In this document: positions 1 through 13,000 of the stretch, in pieces
Position numbering within the stretch: the stretch's first letter is position 1
Layout: the number at the start of each line of letters is the position of its first letter
Source of the DNA: Nemertoderma westbladi
Lineage: Eukaryota; Animalia; Xenacoelomorpha
NCBI GenBank assembly: GCA_032718475.1
Contig: JAUCBJ010002109.1
Span: 1-58,501, forward strand
Length of the DNA: 58,501 bases
Direction: 5' to 3'
The notes under the pieces: model-generated
What the model was told of the DNA's origin: nothing
Seen by the model: only the letters and a program-made list of their open reading frames with translations
The model's database searches: none
Program-made: the position numbers and the translations under genes

Positions 1-9
1 GTATTGAAC

Positions 10-2540
10 AACTGAGTATCTAAAAGCTAAAACAACTGACTATATTAAACTGAGTATCTAAAAGCTAAAACAACTGACTATATTAAACTGAGTATCTAAA
101 AGCTAAAACAACTGACTATATTAAACGGAGTACCGGTATCTAAAAGCTAAAACAACTGACTTTTCAAAGGAGTATTTAAAAGCTAAAACAACTGACTATA
201 TTAAACTGAGTATTTAAAAGCTAAAACAACTGACTTTTCAAAGGAGTATTTAAAAGCTAAAACAACTGACTATATTAAACTGAGTATTTAAAAGCTAAAA
301 CAACTGACTATATTAATCGGAGTATTTAAAAGCTAAAACAACTGACTATATTAAACGGGGTATCTAAAAGCTAAAACAACTGACTATATTAAACGGGGTA
401 TCTAAAAGCTAAAACAACTGACTATATTAAACTGAGTATTTAAAAGCTAAAACAACTGACTATATTAATCGGAGTATTTAAAAGCTAAAACAATTGACTA
501 TATTAATCGGAGTATTTAAAAGCTAAAACAACTGACTATATTAAACGGAGTATTTAAAAGCTAAAACAACTGACTATATTAAACTGAGTATCTAAAAGCC
601 CAAAACAACTGACTATATTAAACGGAGTACCGGTATCTAAAAGCTAAAACAACTGACTATATTAAACGGAGTACCGGTATCTAAAAGCTAAAACAACTGA
701 CTATATTAAACTGAGTACCTAAAAGCTAAAACAACTGACTATATTAAACTGAGTATTTAAAAGCTAAAACAACTGACTATATTAAACTGAGTATCTAAAA
801 GCTAAAACAACTGACTATATTAATCGGAGTATTTAAAAGCTAAAACAACTGACTATATTAATCGGAGTATTTAAAAGCTAAAACAACTGACTATATTAAA
901 CGGAGTATTTAAAAGCTAAAACAACTGACTATATTAATCGGAGTATTTAAAAGCTAAAACAACTGACTATATTAAACTGAGTATTTAAAAGCTAAAACAA
1001 CTGACTATATTAAACTGAGTATCTAAAAGCTAAAACAACTGACTATATTAATCGGAGTATTTAAAAGCTAAAACAACTGACTATATTAATCGGAGTATTT
1101 AAAAGCTAAAACAACTGACTATATTAAACGGAGTATTTAAAAGCTAAAACAACTGACTATATTAAACTGAGTATCTAAAAGCTAAAACAACTGACTATAT
1201 TAAACGGAGTACCGGTATCTAAAAGCTAAAACAACTGACTATATTAAACGGAGTACCGGTATCTAAAAGCTAAAACAACTGACTATATTAAACTGAGTAC
1301 CTAAAAGCTAAAACAACTGACTATATTAAACTGAGTATTTAAAAGCTAAAACAACTGACTATATTAAACTGAGTATCTAAAAGCTAAAACAACTGACTAT
1401 ATTAATCGGAGTATTTAAAAGCTAAAACAACTGACTATATTAATCGGAGTATTTAAAAGCTAAAACAACTGACTATATTAAACGGAGTATTTAAAAGCTA
1501 AAACAACTGACTATATTAATCGGAGTATTTAAAAGCTAAAACAACTGACTATATTAAACGGAGTATCTAAAAGCTAAAACAACTGACTATATTAAACTGA
1601 GTATTTAAAAGCTAAAACAACTGACTATATTAAACGGAGTATTTAAAAGCTAAAACAACTGACTATATTAAACGGAGTATCTAAAAGCTAAAACAACTGA
1701 CTATATTAAACTGTGTATTTAAAAGCTAAAACAACTGACTATATTAAACGGAGTATTTAAAAGCTAAAACAACTGACTATATTAAACGGAGTATTTAAAA
1801 GCTAAAACAACTGACTATATTAAACGGAGTATTTAAAAGCTAAAACAACTGACTATATTAAACTGAGTATCTAAAAGCTAAAACAACTGACTATATTAAA
1901 CGGAGTATTTAAAAGCTAAAACAACTGACTATATTAAACGGAGTATCTAAAAGCTAAAACAACTGACTATATTAAACGGAGTATTTAAAAGCTAAAACAA
2001 CTGACTATATTAAACGGAGTATCTAAAAGCTAAAACAACTGACTATATTAAACTGAGTATCTAAAAGCTAAAACAACTGACTTTTCAACAGAGTATTTAA
2101 AAGCTAAAACAACTGACTATATTAAACTGAGTATTTAAAAGCTAAAACAACTGACTTTTCAAAGGAGTATTTAAAAGCTAAAACAACTGACTATATTAAA
2201 CTGAGTATTTAAAAGCTAAAACAACTGACTATATTAAACTGAGTATTTAAAAGCTAAAACAACTGACTATATTAATCGGAGTATTTAAAAGTTAAAACAA
2301 CTGACTATATTAAACGGAGTATTTAAAAGCTAAAACAACTGACTATATTAAACGGAGTATCTAAAAGCTAAAACAACTGACTATATTAAACTGAGTATTT
2401 AAAAGCTAAAACAACTGACTATATTAAACTGAGTATTTAAAAGCTAAAACAACTGACTATATTAAACGGAGTATCTAAAAGCTAAAACAACTGACTATAT
2501 TAAACTGAGTATTTAAAAGCTAAAACAACTGACTATATTA
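10..2540. repeat. Tandem satellite, 38-bp monomer (TAAAAGCTAAAACAACTGACTATATTAAAC[T/G]GAGTAT[C/T]), about 65 copies
   Basis: Directly visible; period 38 (21 to 59). Variants include 44-bp units with a CCGGTA insertion and shorter CTTTTCAAAGG units. Confidence 0.98.
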
Positions 2541-2749
2541 GAAACTGAAACTCTGCAGTCTGTCCCACTTCCTGGTCTAAAGAGAAAATGTACAGTGTTG
2601 TGTTTGTAGAAAACGGATAGCACGTGACTGCCTGTATTGAGGTACATGTGGCAAAAAACTTAATAAGAAAAAGTTTGTTGCTAAGAAGTGCAGTAGTTCA
2701 ACTGATGATAATGAACCTGTGTTAGAAGAGCCTACTATTGTGAGGGTGC

Positions 2750-3967
2750 TGTTCGCGCTTTCAGACCTTTGGCAGTTTAACCCGCCAAATTAGAATGTCT
2801 TCTAGATATTAAATCGCTTTTTAGCCTACGACAAGTATTTGATTCACTACACTAGTCGAAACCAATCCGTGCACGATCATTCACCCGCTGGTTATACCCG
2901 GGAGATTGGGTTCGACGGTTTAATCTTATTGCTATGTAAGCCTAATGTATTATTCGACTGACAGTATTATATAATCTCTGACAATATTATTCACCTTCGG
3001 GGAATATTAACAGTTCCTTTAGGACGTGGCGCTCTATCTATATAAACAGAGCTATGACTTAAACTACTCACAACGATATGGTTTAGTTATAATTCACATA
3101 TATGGCGCATTCTTTAGGAAATGCTTCTTTAACAGACTCACTCATACACAATGCTGCACAATACTGCACACTAATCTGCCGATCTTCACTGATTTTAGTC
3201 ACATATAAAAGGAACACAGACTGACTCATGTAGGGTCTATCAAATAACATTCGATTCACTTCAAACCACTTTAACATAAGTCACAATCGTTTATCTGTAA
3301 CCTTTCTCTCTTACCTTCGGTATATCAAGAATATTGGGTTTCGGGGTTATTTATCGTTATTCCAAATATAATAATTCATCAACCATATTATGAAGAACTG
3401 ACAGTAAATAGCAGTATAAAACAACAACTGAACACTGATTGTTATGAGTTTGCAATGTTTCAGCAGTTTGTATGTAAGATCAGTTTCGTCAGGAGTCGTT
3501 AGGTATGCAGTCCGTTAAAGGATATATGTCCTTATAATTAAACCTACTAGTGTTGAGCTAAAAAGCAGAAAAGCACAAAACACTATAAAGCCGTTCTTTC
3601 GTGGCTTTGAAAAACTCGTGACTACTACTCTATACAAGAATACTAACTACACTTATTCCACGAAGCTCCCGTTCAACACAGAGAAAGAGCAGTGAGATAG
3701 GAAAATTTCAGTTCAGTAGCTCTGTGATAGGTCAAATCAAGGCTAACTCAAATTCTATTGGGAGATACAAAAACAAGGCTATGACGCAACCTTCCTAGGC
3801 TGGTTGGCCGATTAAACAGAGCCCAGATCCCTGCGTACAGCAAATCAGCCAATAAGCTGGTAGCTTGCACTATTTTAACTATAGATCCCTTTTTGAGTAT
3901 TCTAGCGACCGGGGGGGGAACTGGCCAGCAAAGCAAATGAACCAGTTATCCCACAAAAGCTTTTACA
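2750..3967 (-). repeat. 3' LTR of the BEL/Pao element (1218 bp)
   Basis: Near-identical to 17356-18572 (by eye about 5 substitutions plus one G-run indel). A short purine-rich GGGAGCGG (PPT-like) precedes it on the minus strand at 3968-3975. Confidence 0.97.
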
Positions 3968-5071
3968 CCGCTCCCAGAAAATGGGATTTAAGTCTATAAA
4001 ATATACAAAATCACAGTTTCTAAAATATAAAAATACTCTAAACAGTTAGTCTTTCTTGCGCGGACGGCGTTTACGCAGTTTCTTGAGGCTAGCAAGAGTC
4101 CTTTTCTCTTTGGGGCGAGCCACTTTATGAGGAGGGCTGTAGCTCCTAGGCGAAGGGTGCAATATGATTGCATTAGAAGGTTTGGGTTTACGGTCGGTGT
4201 CTCGTCCATTTCGATATGCTTCTCCTCGAGCTGATTTTCCTCCGCTTGTCATGGGATACGTTCGTCCAAAACTCTCGCAAAGAATAGGGTTTTCTAAGCT
4301 TGATATCTTCTTTGAGATTCGAGATTTCCCAATCGAACTGAGATAAGGCCAATTCGTTTATCGATTGGACTTACTGTTATAACTTACGTTTATCTGAACA
4401 AACGCAGATTTCTTTTTTGATCTTTATAGAATAGCGTTTAACTCGTTTCGTACAACGCTCTCCTTCACCTTGATGAAGGGTTGTATCGCATTAAACGGGA
4501 CGACCATACGGTTGGATAGTGATATTAGGTGTCCGCGTCATAATCCGGCTAGGTAAGATGGGCGGCTAGGTAGAAATCACTGTCGGAGTGTTACCGATTA
4601 ATTGTTAGGGTAGCACTAGATCTTTGAACAGTGAATACAGTCCGCGAGGATCCGCGACACCACCAGGATCGCAGGTCTGAGGTCCAACTAAGGAATGAGG
4701 AGGTTTGACCGAGTATTCCGGGACTTTGATCGTAGGTTTACTCCAGGATCGTTCGAGCCGAGTGAGCATAGGTGATACGTCAAACAAGTTTCGCTCGAAA
4801 CTCCAGTAAATATAACGAGCACAACTGTGTTTAACACAACGTTTCCGTGGATGTTTATGTCTTTCCGTTTATTAGTTGGGTCTAGGGCATTTATCGTAAT
4901 AATACTAAAGACGCACGTCTGGTAGGGGAAACGCGGGTGATATTTATTTGTTGTTACAATGCTTCTGTCAAGAATTCCAAATATACGTTGGAGTTACCGC
5001 GTTTATTTGTTTCTTTAGTGTCTTTTCTTTCGAGTCGATTTCGAATAGAAATTTCGCACTCGAATTTCAGT

Positions 5072-5455
5072 TTATGGTTCCGACTCCGCTGGGCAGGATA
5101 TATAGTCGACATAGTCCGTATTATGTAAATCGATAGGATGACCAGTAGTTAAGAAGACCATATACGTACCATTACGCTGCGTATATCGAGCGGCGAATTT
5201 TCTATAGTCCAACTCGCGCGCGAGCTGCTCTTGGGACATTGGCGGTTCGATATAACGACCATCGTCCTCCGCAGCAGTTGGACTAACGTCTCCGCGTATT
5301 AAGCTATCAACAAACGCTTGTAAAAGTAGAGTATATCGCTCCCCGATACCAAGACCATCTTCTATCAACTCCGTCATATCTGCTATATATGAGTTTATCC
5401 ATATTATAATGAGTTTATATTTAGGCGAGCGGGCGTCGCTGCCTACTCCAATCAA
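5072..5455 (-). other. Short ORF of unknown function in the 3-kb post-pol region of the BEL element; possible decayed accessory gene
   Basis: 127-aa ORF in a coding-like stretch (about 4000-5600) that has further broken minus-strand frames; no domain recognised. Confidence 0.25.
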
Positions 5456-6199
5456 CCCCCGGACAGTACGAGATCCTCAGCGCCGATGTGTCGTCGCCGC
5501 TGTACTTTCGCCAACGACGTAGCCGCACAACGACAACGACAACCGGCACAAGTCACTCGACTGTCCGTCCCAAAGGCTTAGATATACCTCAGGTTCTTAC
5601 TGGAGAGTTAGGGTTACTTTCACAATTGCGACTCGCTACTGTAAACACACCTTAGTAGTAACATTCGCCTATAAACTCACAAATACCACACACACAACTT
5701 GTCACAAATTACACACACTCGGGTCACTTGTCCGTTAGTCAATGCCTTCCAGAATGTCACTGTATTATTATGTATACTTGGATACTAGCAGTGCGCTATT
5801 TATTCCCTATGCTATTCAATGGGACAAGCTTTCTATTGTTCCTTTTAACTCAATTCTAATTCTAGCGTGGTTGTTGCTATGGTGACATTATGTAAAGCTA
5901 GCGGTAGAATTAGGGTAATTCCAATGCATACAGATCTGGGATGTTATTTAATAGTAATTCTTTAATAGTCAATGTCCTGTTTATACATGACTTTACGAAT
6001 TTTATCGGCTATTGACTATGTTGGGGAGACTTTCGTACACGCATACGCATAATAATATAAATCTCCGCTCCCTTGATCTATTAATTAATGGAATTTTGGG
6101 AATGTTATAAATTGCGTAAAATGGCAATTTATTAAATTCATTAAAAGACATGAATTTAAATTTATTCCCTGAAATTTTATTATTTGATAATTAAATAGA

Positions 6200-6515
6200 C
6201 ATATTTTGATTCTAGAACATGTCTGGGGACACAAGATCCTTAATTCTAAGAAAATTGTCTCTTTAAGAATATCGGTAAATGCTACGATATCTTAATTGAC
6301 TAGAATCGTTGAAGGATCTGAATTTTACAGATTTTGACATATTAGATTTGCAAATATTAAATAATTAATATTTGAGATGGGCACCGATTTATTCCAGAAC
6401 TTGTCTGGGGACGTTAACCACTGATTCTATAATTTGTCTTTCAAGTATATCGGTGGGTGCCACGATATCTTAATCGACTAGAATTACAGATGGTCAAAGG
6501 GTTTAACAGATTTAT
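6200..6515. repeat. Diverged ~180-bp tandem duplication in the BEL 3' non-coding region
   Basis: AGAAC.TGTCTGGGGAC...TATCGGT...ACGATATCTTAAT.GACTAGAAT occurs at about 6214 and 6396. Confidence 0.8.
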
Positions 6516-7031
6516 TTTGCGTTATACGCTACTGTTAAAGGGACATCACGCTACTATATGTATTATTTAATATACGGTATGAGAGCAATATCGCACGAAG
6601 CAATGTCAGTGTGAAGAGGCAAGTCGTTTCCAAGGTCTACCCAGAGCTTGGTTTAGCCGAGACACAAGGATCTGAACTTTGCATTCCTAATACTCTGCCT
6701 ACCAATAATACTTGAATATAGTAGTGGCTTTATTGTACTTTAATAAGTACGGACATTTCATCTTACCGTAGTTACGTATTTATAATATAATACGGACAGT
6801 AAGGAAAGAGAAAAAATAATTATTTCTTCGCCGTCGCACTAAATATAATATAAGTAATTACGTACGTAATAAACACGAATATATTGCACTATTCTACTAA
6901 ATAATCGCTAAATAATATTCTACTAAATTAAATAAAACGATTATAATAAAATTACATAGTAATACATACATAAATATAAAAATGATAAAATAATATAAAA
7001 TAATAGAGTCACACGCCCACTCCAAACGATA

Positions 7032-10000
7032 TTAAGTTGGGGAGTCCCTAGATGTCGGTTGGATTAGGGAAGTGGTCGTGGGAAGAGTTTCTTGCCTTCC
7101 ATAGTTTCCGGAGAGCTCTCTGTCTCTTTCCAGTAAACATAAACGACCCACTGGGCGATTGAGCTGTTGAGTCTCAAAGACTATCCCTGGTTTCTTAAAG
7201 TTCCGCCGCATGACGACGAGCTCTACTGATCGCACCAAACCATCGCTCGAGATATAAGTCTCGATGATACGTCCTGTTTGCCATCGCTTACGTGGGAGAT
7301 CGGGGTCCACAATAAGCACCATGTCTCCAGCGCTGACGTTTTCTCGCTGCGCAAACCACTTAGTTCGAAGTTGTAGCGTGGGCAGGTAATGTTTCTCGAA
7401 ATGGTCAGCGAAACGACGGGATAGCAACTGCATAAGTTGCCAGGTTCGACGGCAGTACTCGTCTCCGTCTGTGATCTCCGATCGTGGGAGCATGGCTACG
7501 GGCTTCTTCAGTTGAAAATGCGCGGGTGTTAGCACTTCCAGGGAATCAGGATTTGAAGAGACTGACATAAGCGGTCTTTCGTTGAGATAGGCGGCGATTT
7601 CCTCCATTAACGTCCACAATAATTCGTCGGTGAGATAAGCGCGACAAGGCACAATAAAGTGGAACGCAGTCTTCACGCTCCTAATCAATCTCTCCCAACT
7701 TCCTCCCCACCAAGGGGCGTCGGCGGCGTTGAAGGTCCAGCTAGACGCTGTTATCTTTAGCTGATCGTCCACCTGTCTTTTGTTCCAGTCCTTCACGTAA
7801 GCTTGTATTTCGTTGTTGGCGCCAATGAAGTTCGTTCCCTTATCCGATCTCATCGTGTTACTGGTTCCGAAACGAGCGATCTGTCGTCGTAAACTCAACA
7901 CGAAGCTGTTGGTGGATAGATCGTTTACCATATCGAGATGGATAGCTCTACAAGTCATACAAACGAAGATGACACACCATCTTTTAACTATAGTCCGGGC
8001 ACGATATACTTCAATAGGGCCAAATAAATCCACACCGGTATTAGTAAAGGGTGGTTCATAGAAGCTTACTCTTTCCCTAGGTAATTCTGCCTCTCGCTGT
8101 GTTAAAGGCCTACTGAATGCTTTCCTACAGGGTATGCAGTTCCTAAGAACTTGGTTCAGAGCCCTACGGGGTTTATAAAAATAGTAGCGAGTTCGAATTT
8201 CGCTCAGAACTCGTTCTCTACCAGCATGGTACAGTTTGCTATGAACATCTACAATCATTTTGATTTGTATATCAAGATTTCTAATGAGTATGGGAAACTT
8301 AGTGTCAAAGGATAACGGGGCGTTAGTGAGCCTACCTCCAACACGTATTAACCCATCTATCATGGTGCTAGAGAAGCGATCCCTTAAGCGCATCTGCGGA
8401 TTTCTTAACAGCAGGAAATACTTATCGGAATCTTCATAACATTGTAGGAGTCTCAGCATCTGTTTGTTGGTTTCATCATGCTCCTGGTGACTGATCTTTT
8501 CCTTTAGAAACCTGTCGGGTATCTTGTATGTAGGAAGATCTTTAACAACATGGACTCGTGCAGATGCTGATGGGGCATCATCACTATTGGTCTTTGTCCC
8601 GGAGTAACGATGATGAAAACATCGTTTCAAATAAGTGACAGCTTTACAGAGCCGATTCCAGGAGCTGTAGTGACGTATCGCTCTCTGCAAGAGAGGTGAG
8701 AGTCCTTGCGCGATATCTGGTATTCCAGATTTCCAATCCTTGTCACGGATTTGCAAGACTTCTTTGGTCGTGGCGGTGGGTTTCTGATCTAAAGCATCTG
8801 CTCCGGAAGTAAATAATACAGATAGATCAACCGCAGGTTTAAACAACTTCGATTTACTCGCTCGAGTTTTGGGTTTAACTTTCTCCGCTCCCTTGGCCTG
8901 TCTGATCTCTGCTGTTGTGAGGTGGGGAGGCCATTCTTCTTCTTCTTGGTAGAGAAAGTCGGGTCCTCCTAACCATTCGGGAGTATTTACCAATTCCTTT
9001 GGAGTCGCTCCTCGGGAAGCGATGTCTGCTGGATTAATCGTTCCGGGGCAATGTCTCCATTGGTCCATCGTCGTGCGACTAAGTATGATGGCTACCCTGT
9101 TGGTAACGAAGACGCTGAACTGACAGACTTCATTGGTTATATACTCTAACACGAGTAAAGCGTCGGTCCAATAGACAGTTTTCTCTAATGGATAGTCAAT
9201 CTGTTCTGTTACATTCCGGCCGATGGCTGTAGCGTATAGAGCCGCCTTCAACTCCGCTCGAGGAACTTTCAACTTGTTGTTGATTAATGCCTTAGAAGTA
9301 ACCAAGGCGACTTTGATTCCATCCGGAGTTTCCACTCTTAGGTAGGCTACTATACCTATTCCCATATCGCTGGCGTCTCCAAACACATGGAGTTGATAGG
9401 AATACGTAGGGAGAACATGACCAAAATATGAACGGGAAATTATAAAATCCTCGATAGCCGGTTGAGAATCTTCCCATTTCATCCACTTCTTTAATAATTC
9501 TCCCTTAAGTGGATCGTCCCATGAGTGGTTTTCAAGCCACATTTGTTGCACCAAACTATGAGCAATCAATATAACTGGGCTAATAAATCCCAATGGATCA
9601 AAATAAGTGCTCAGTATACTTAAACAAATCCGTTTGGTTCGAACTGGATTATCTCGCTGTTTTAGTTGGAAAAACAGGATATCTCTCTCTGTGTCCCATT
9701 TCAAGCCGAGTGTCTTGGTTTCTGGCAGATCATCTTTGATCAAATCGAGATCTTTCGCTCCTCGATCCTCCGCAGGGATCGACTCCAGAAACTCACGGGA
9801 GTTGATGGTGAATTTCGTTAATCGAAACCCACCTCTTTTTAAGCACTCTACCGTTCCTTTAGCGACCTCAATGGCTTCCTCAACTGATGGTAGGGACTTC
9901 AGATTGTCGTCCATGTATATGTCCCTCTTGATGTTGTCGATCACTTCCTTAGAGAAGGCCTCTCGGTTGTCCTCTGCAGTGGTACGCACTACCGAACAGG

Positions 10001-13000
10001 CATTGGAAGGGCTTGAGATTATCCCAAAGGCCTGGATGGTCATCCAGTACTCCACCGATTTCTGGTTGAGGTCTCCTTCGGGCCACCATAGAAATCGTAG
10101 GCTATCTCGATCCCTATCCAACACTTTGACTTGCAAGAACATGCCTTCTATATCGGAGGCGAAAGCAATCGAATATTGTCTCAATCTTAAAAGAATTCCC
10201 AACAAAGATTGAAGTAAGTTGGGTCCGGGTAACAATTCAGAGTTAAGGGATTGACCCATGTAAAGAGCGGAGCCATCAAACACTACTCTCACTTCATTGG
10301 GTTTACCGGGTTTAGGAACGTAATGGTGAGTTAAATAATACGTTCTTTCAGTCACAGGTGTTTCTTCCGGTACCCTCTCCGCGTATCCCTTATTAATAAA
10401 TTTTTCCAGCTGTGTTTGATACATTGCTTTAGCTGAAGAATTAGCCGTAAGGCGTCGATGGAGTTGCGCGATTCTTTTTTCCGCCAAAGGTCTGTTATTG
10501 ATGAACTTCGGTTCTTTCTTGCGAAAAGGTAAACCGACTTCATACCTACCTTGATCTTTGATGAAACGTGTAGTAGTCTCTTGGATCTGCTTGGCCCTTT
10601 CCTCTTCCACTGATAAGGCCTTATCGTAGGAATTGGGCTCTACTGCCTCTTGCGTAAAGAATCGTACAGCATGTTCATCTCGAGTCTTGGCATTACAACG
10701 CTCAATGACGTCATTTAACTCGTCGTTATAAGCTTCTCGTTCAGATGGATAAAGAAGTTGACATAAGTTCACTTGGTTTTGCCAAGCCTCGTTTTCCTTA
10801 AGGAGATCGATAGTATTCTCCTCGTCAAAAAGCTGGTGAATGTCGTTGTTATCTGAGGAGTATGGAGTTCCCTCAGTTAAATCGTCTCCTTCACTAGTAT
10901 CATCTTCCCATTCACTCACCTGGCAAACTCGCTCTTGCGGTAGTCTTTCTCTGAGTGTTCTACGGGAAGGTCCAGTAAAGTACCAACCTACTCTAGTTCT
11001 TACCGCATAGGTCTGTAGTGGCTGCGGTTGAGCAGGCCGTTTCTCTAATGTCTCCAGCGCCTCATGCGCGTTTTGGCCGATGAGTATTTGCACTCCAGGA
11101 TAATCAGTCTGAAATCGAGGTATGTTAAGATGTTGGATGCTCTCATCCTCGTCCCAATTATAAAGGTCTGCTTGGGTAGTAGCGAAGTTCTTTATAGCTA
11201 CCATTTTCACTGACCTGATGCTATGTTCTCCTAGTTCGTCCTGGGGGGTGGACAACGCTCCTACATAATAATCCGCTGTTATTGTGGATTTCCAGACTTG
11301 CATAATGCCTGACATGTTTAGCGTAGTTCGGAACTTGGGTTGTCCAGCAAATATGTCTTCGGCTAGCTCTTGGTCGATGAATGTTCCTGTACTACCGGAG
11401 TCAAGGAGGGCGTTCACTACGTAACTCCGTTTAGGTCCGTGAAGCCTCACCTGTACCACAGGAAACTCTCGGATCCCTACATTGGAAGATGGCTCTTTCC
11501 CAGATGGTTGTCGCTCAGAAGTAGTTAGAGTGAGGTCGCTGTCTGTATCTTTTTCATATGTGAGTGCTCGATACACTGCGGTATTTATCAGGTAACAGGA
11601 TTCGTTTTCGTCGGAGAACTCATCCGTATAGAATCCTTCCATCTCAGATTGGTCAGTGTCGTTCACATCACTGAATTGGACATGTAGTTCGGAATCACTT
11701 ACCTGATTCGGAGTATTTCGCTCGAATTCAGCGTGCAACAAGATATGATGTTTCGCACCACACTTAGCACACCTTATGTCAGAGAAACAGGTTCGCCGTT
11801 GGTGTCCTTGTCTGAGGCAATTATAACATAACCGCTTATCCCACATGACTTCGCGTCTCTCCGTTAATGACTTCTTCAGGAATTCATCACACATGTTCAA
11901 ACGGTGGGTCCCGTCACACAGCGCACATTTCGGTTTGATGTTACTCACCTTATTCTGAGTCACATTGTGTACACTTGCTTTTTCTTCGGGCTTTCTCACC
12001 TGAATTCTCTTGGGAGACGTAGGAGGAGTTTTTCTTACCTGTTCTCTCCTGTCATTTGTTCGAGACTTGAATTTACTCACCTGATCTTTAGGCATTTTAT
12101 TCACGTAATAAGATCTATCAGTGTCCTTCCCGCTATCTTCTCCTTGAGAAGTCTGGCTTTCGCCGTCGTCTGTGTAACACACTGGTGTTACCCTTCTCCT
12201 AGAGACGGGTTTTTCACTTACCTTGTTTTCCGGTGTCTTCTCTCTGGATTGCTTGAGGAGTTGCAATTTCACTTCTCCATCCAGGAATGACATGAGATCT
12301 GCCATGGTAGGGTCTCGTCGTTGTTGTTCCATCATATATAGTACTTTCTTATCCCAGCGTGTGCCTACCCCACCTTTCGGTAAAGTAGAAGCCACAGCTC
12401 CAATGACCATAGAACTTTGGTATTCATGAGACTTACCTAACCAATCTAATTGTCTACAGACCTCTTGAATCTCATCGGAAAACTCTATTATCCCACTGCT
12501 GATGAACTTTCTGGGCGCTACTAATTTTGCATATAAATACTTAGCGATATTATTCCTATTACCATACCTGATGTTTAGTGTATCCCAAACTTGTCTTAAT
12601 CCGTCTGGATGTCCAATAAACTTTAACGCCATTAACTTGGGAGATCCTTCCAAGCACTCGATGAGGAATCTAAGTTTCTCTCCATTAGATAGTACAGAGT
12701 TCTGTATGTTATCTTTGTAATATTCATTAAAAGGTAACCATTTCATCTCATCTCCATTGAATTTGACTATCTCTCCCACCTTCACCGCTTGCCGGGCTTC
12801 GGTTCTAGCCATTTGACGCGTAAAACTTTCTTGGGCCATCGTGTTATTTAATATCGAGTTATCGGTATATAAATTTCTCGGATTATGATCAGTTCTATAT
12901 GGGATATCATTATCAACAGGTCTATAATTACCCTTAATAGGGTTCACTATAGGAGTTTCTACTTCGCTAGCAGTATAGATGCGTGTAGGCTCCACACCTT

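Noticed and set aside
10-2540. CRISPR array
   Set aside because: Monomers are head-to-tail with no unique spacers, there are no cas genes, and the context is eukaryotic.
3026-3277. Identical small ORFs at 3026/17632 and 3083/17689 as duplicated genes
   Set aside because: They lie inside the two LTRs.
3968-7031. env gene in the BEL element
   Set aside because: No long ORF with a signal peptide, Cys pattern or transmembrane anchor.
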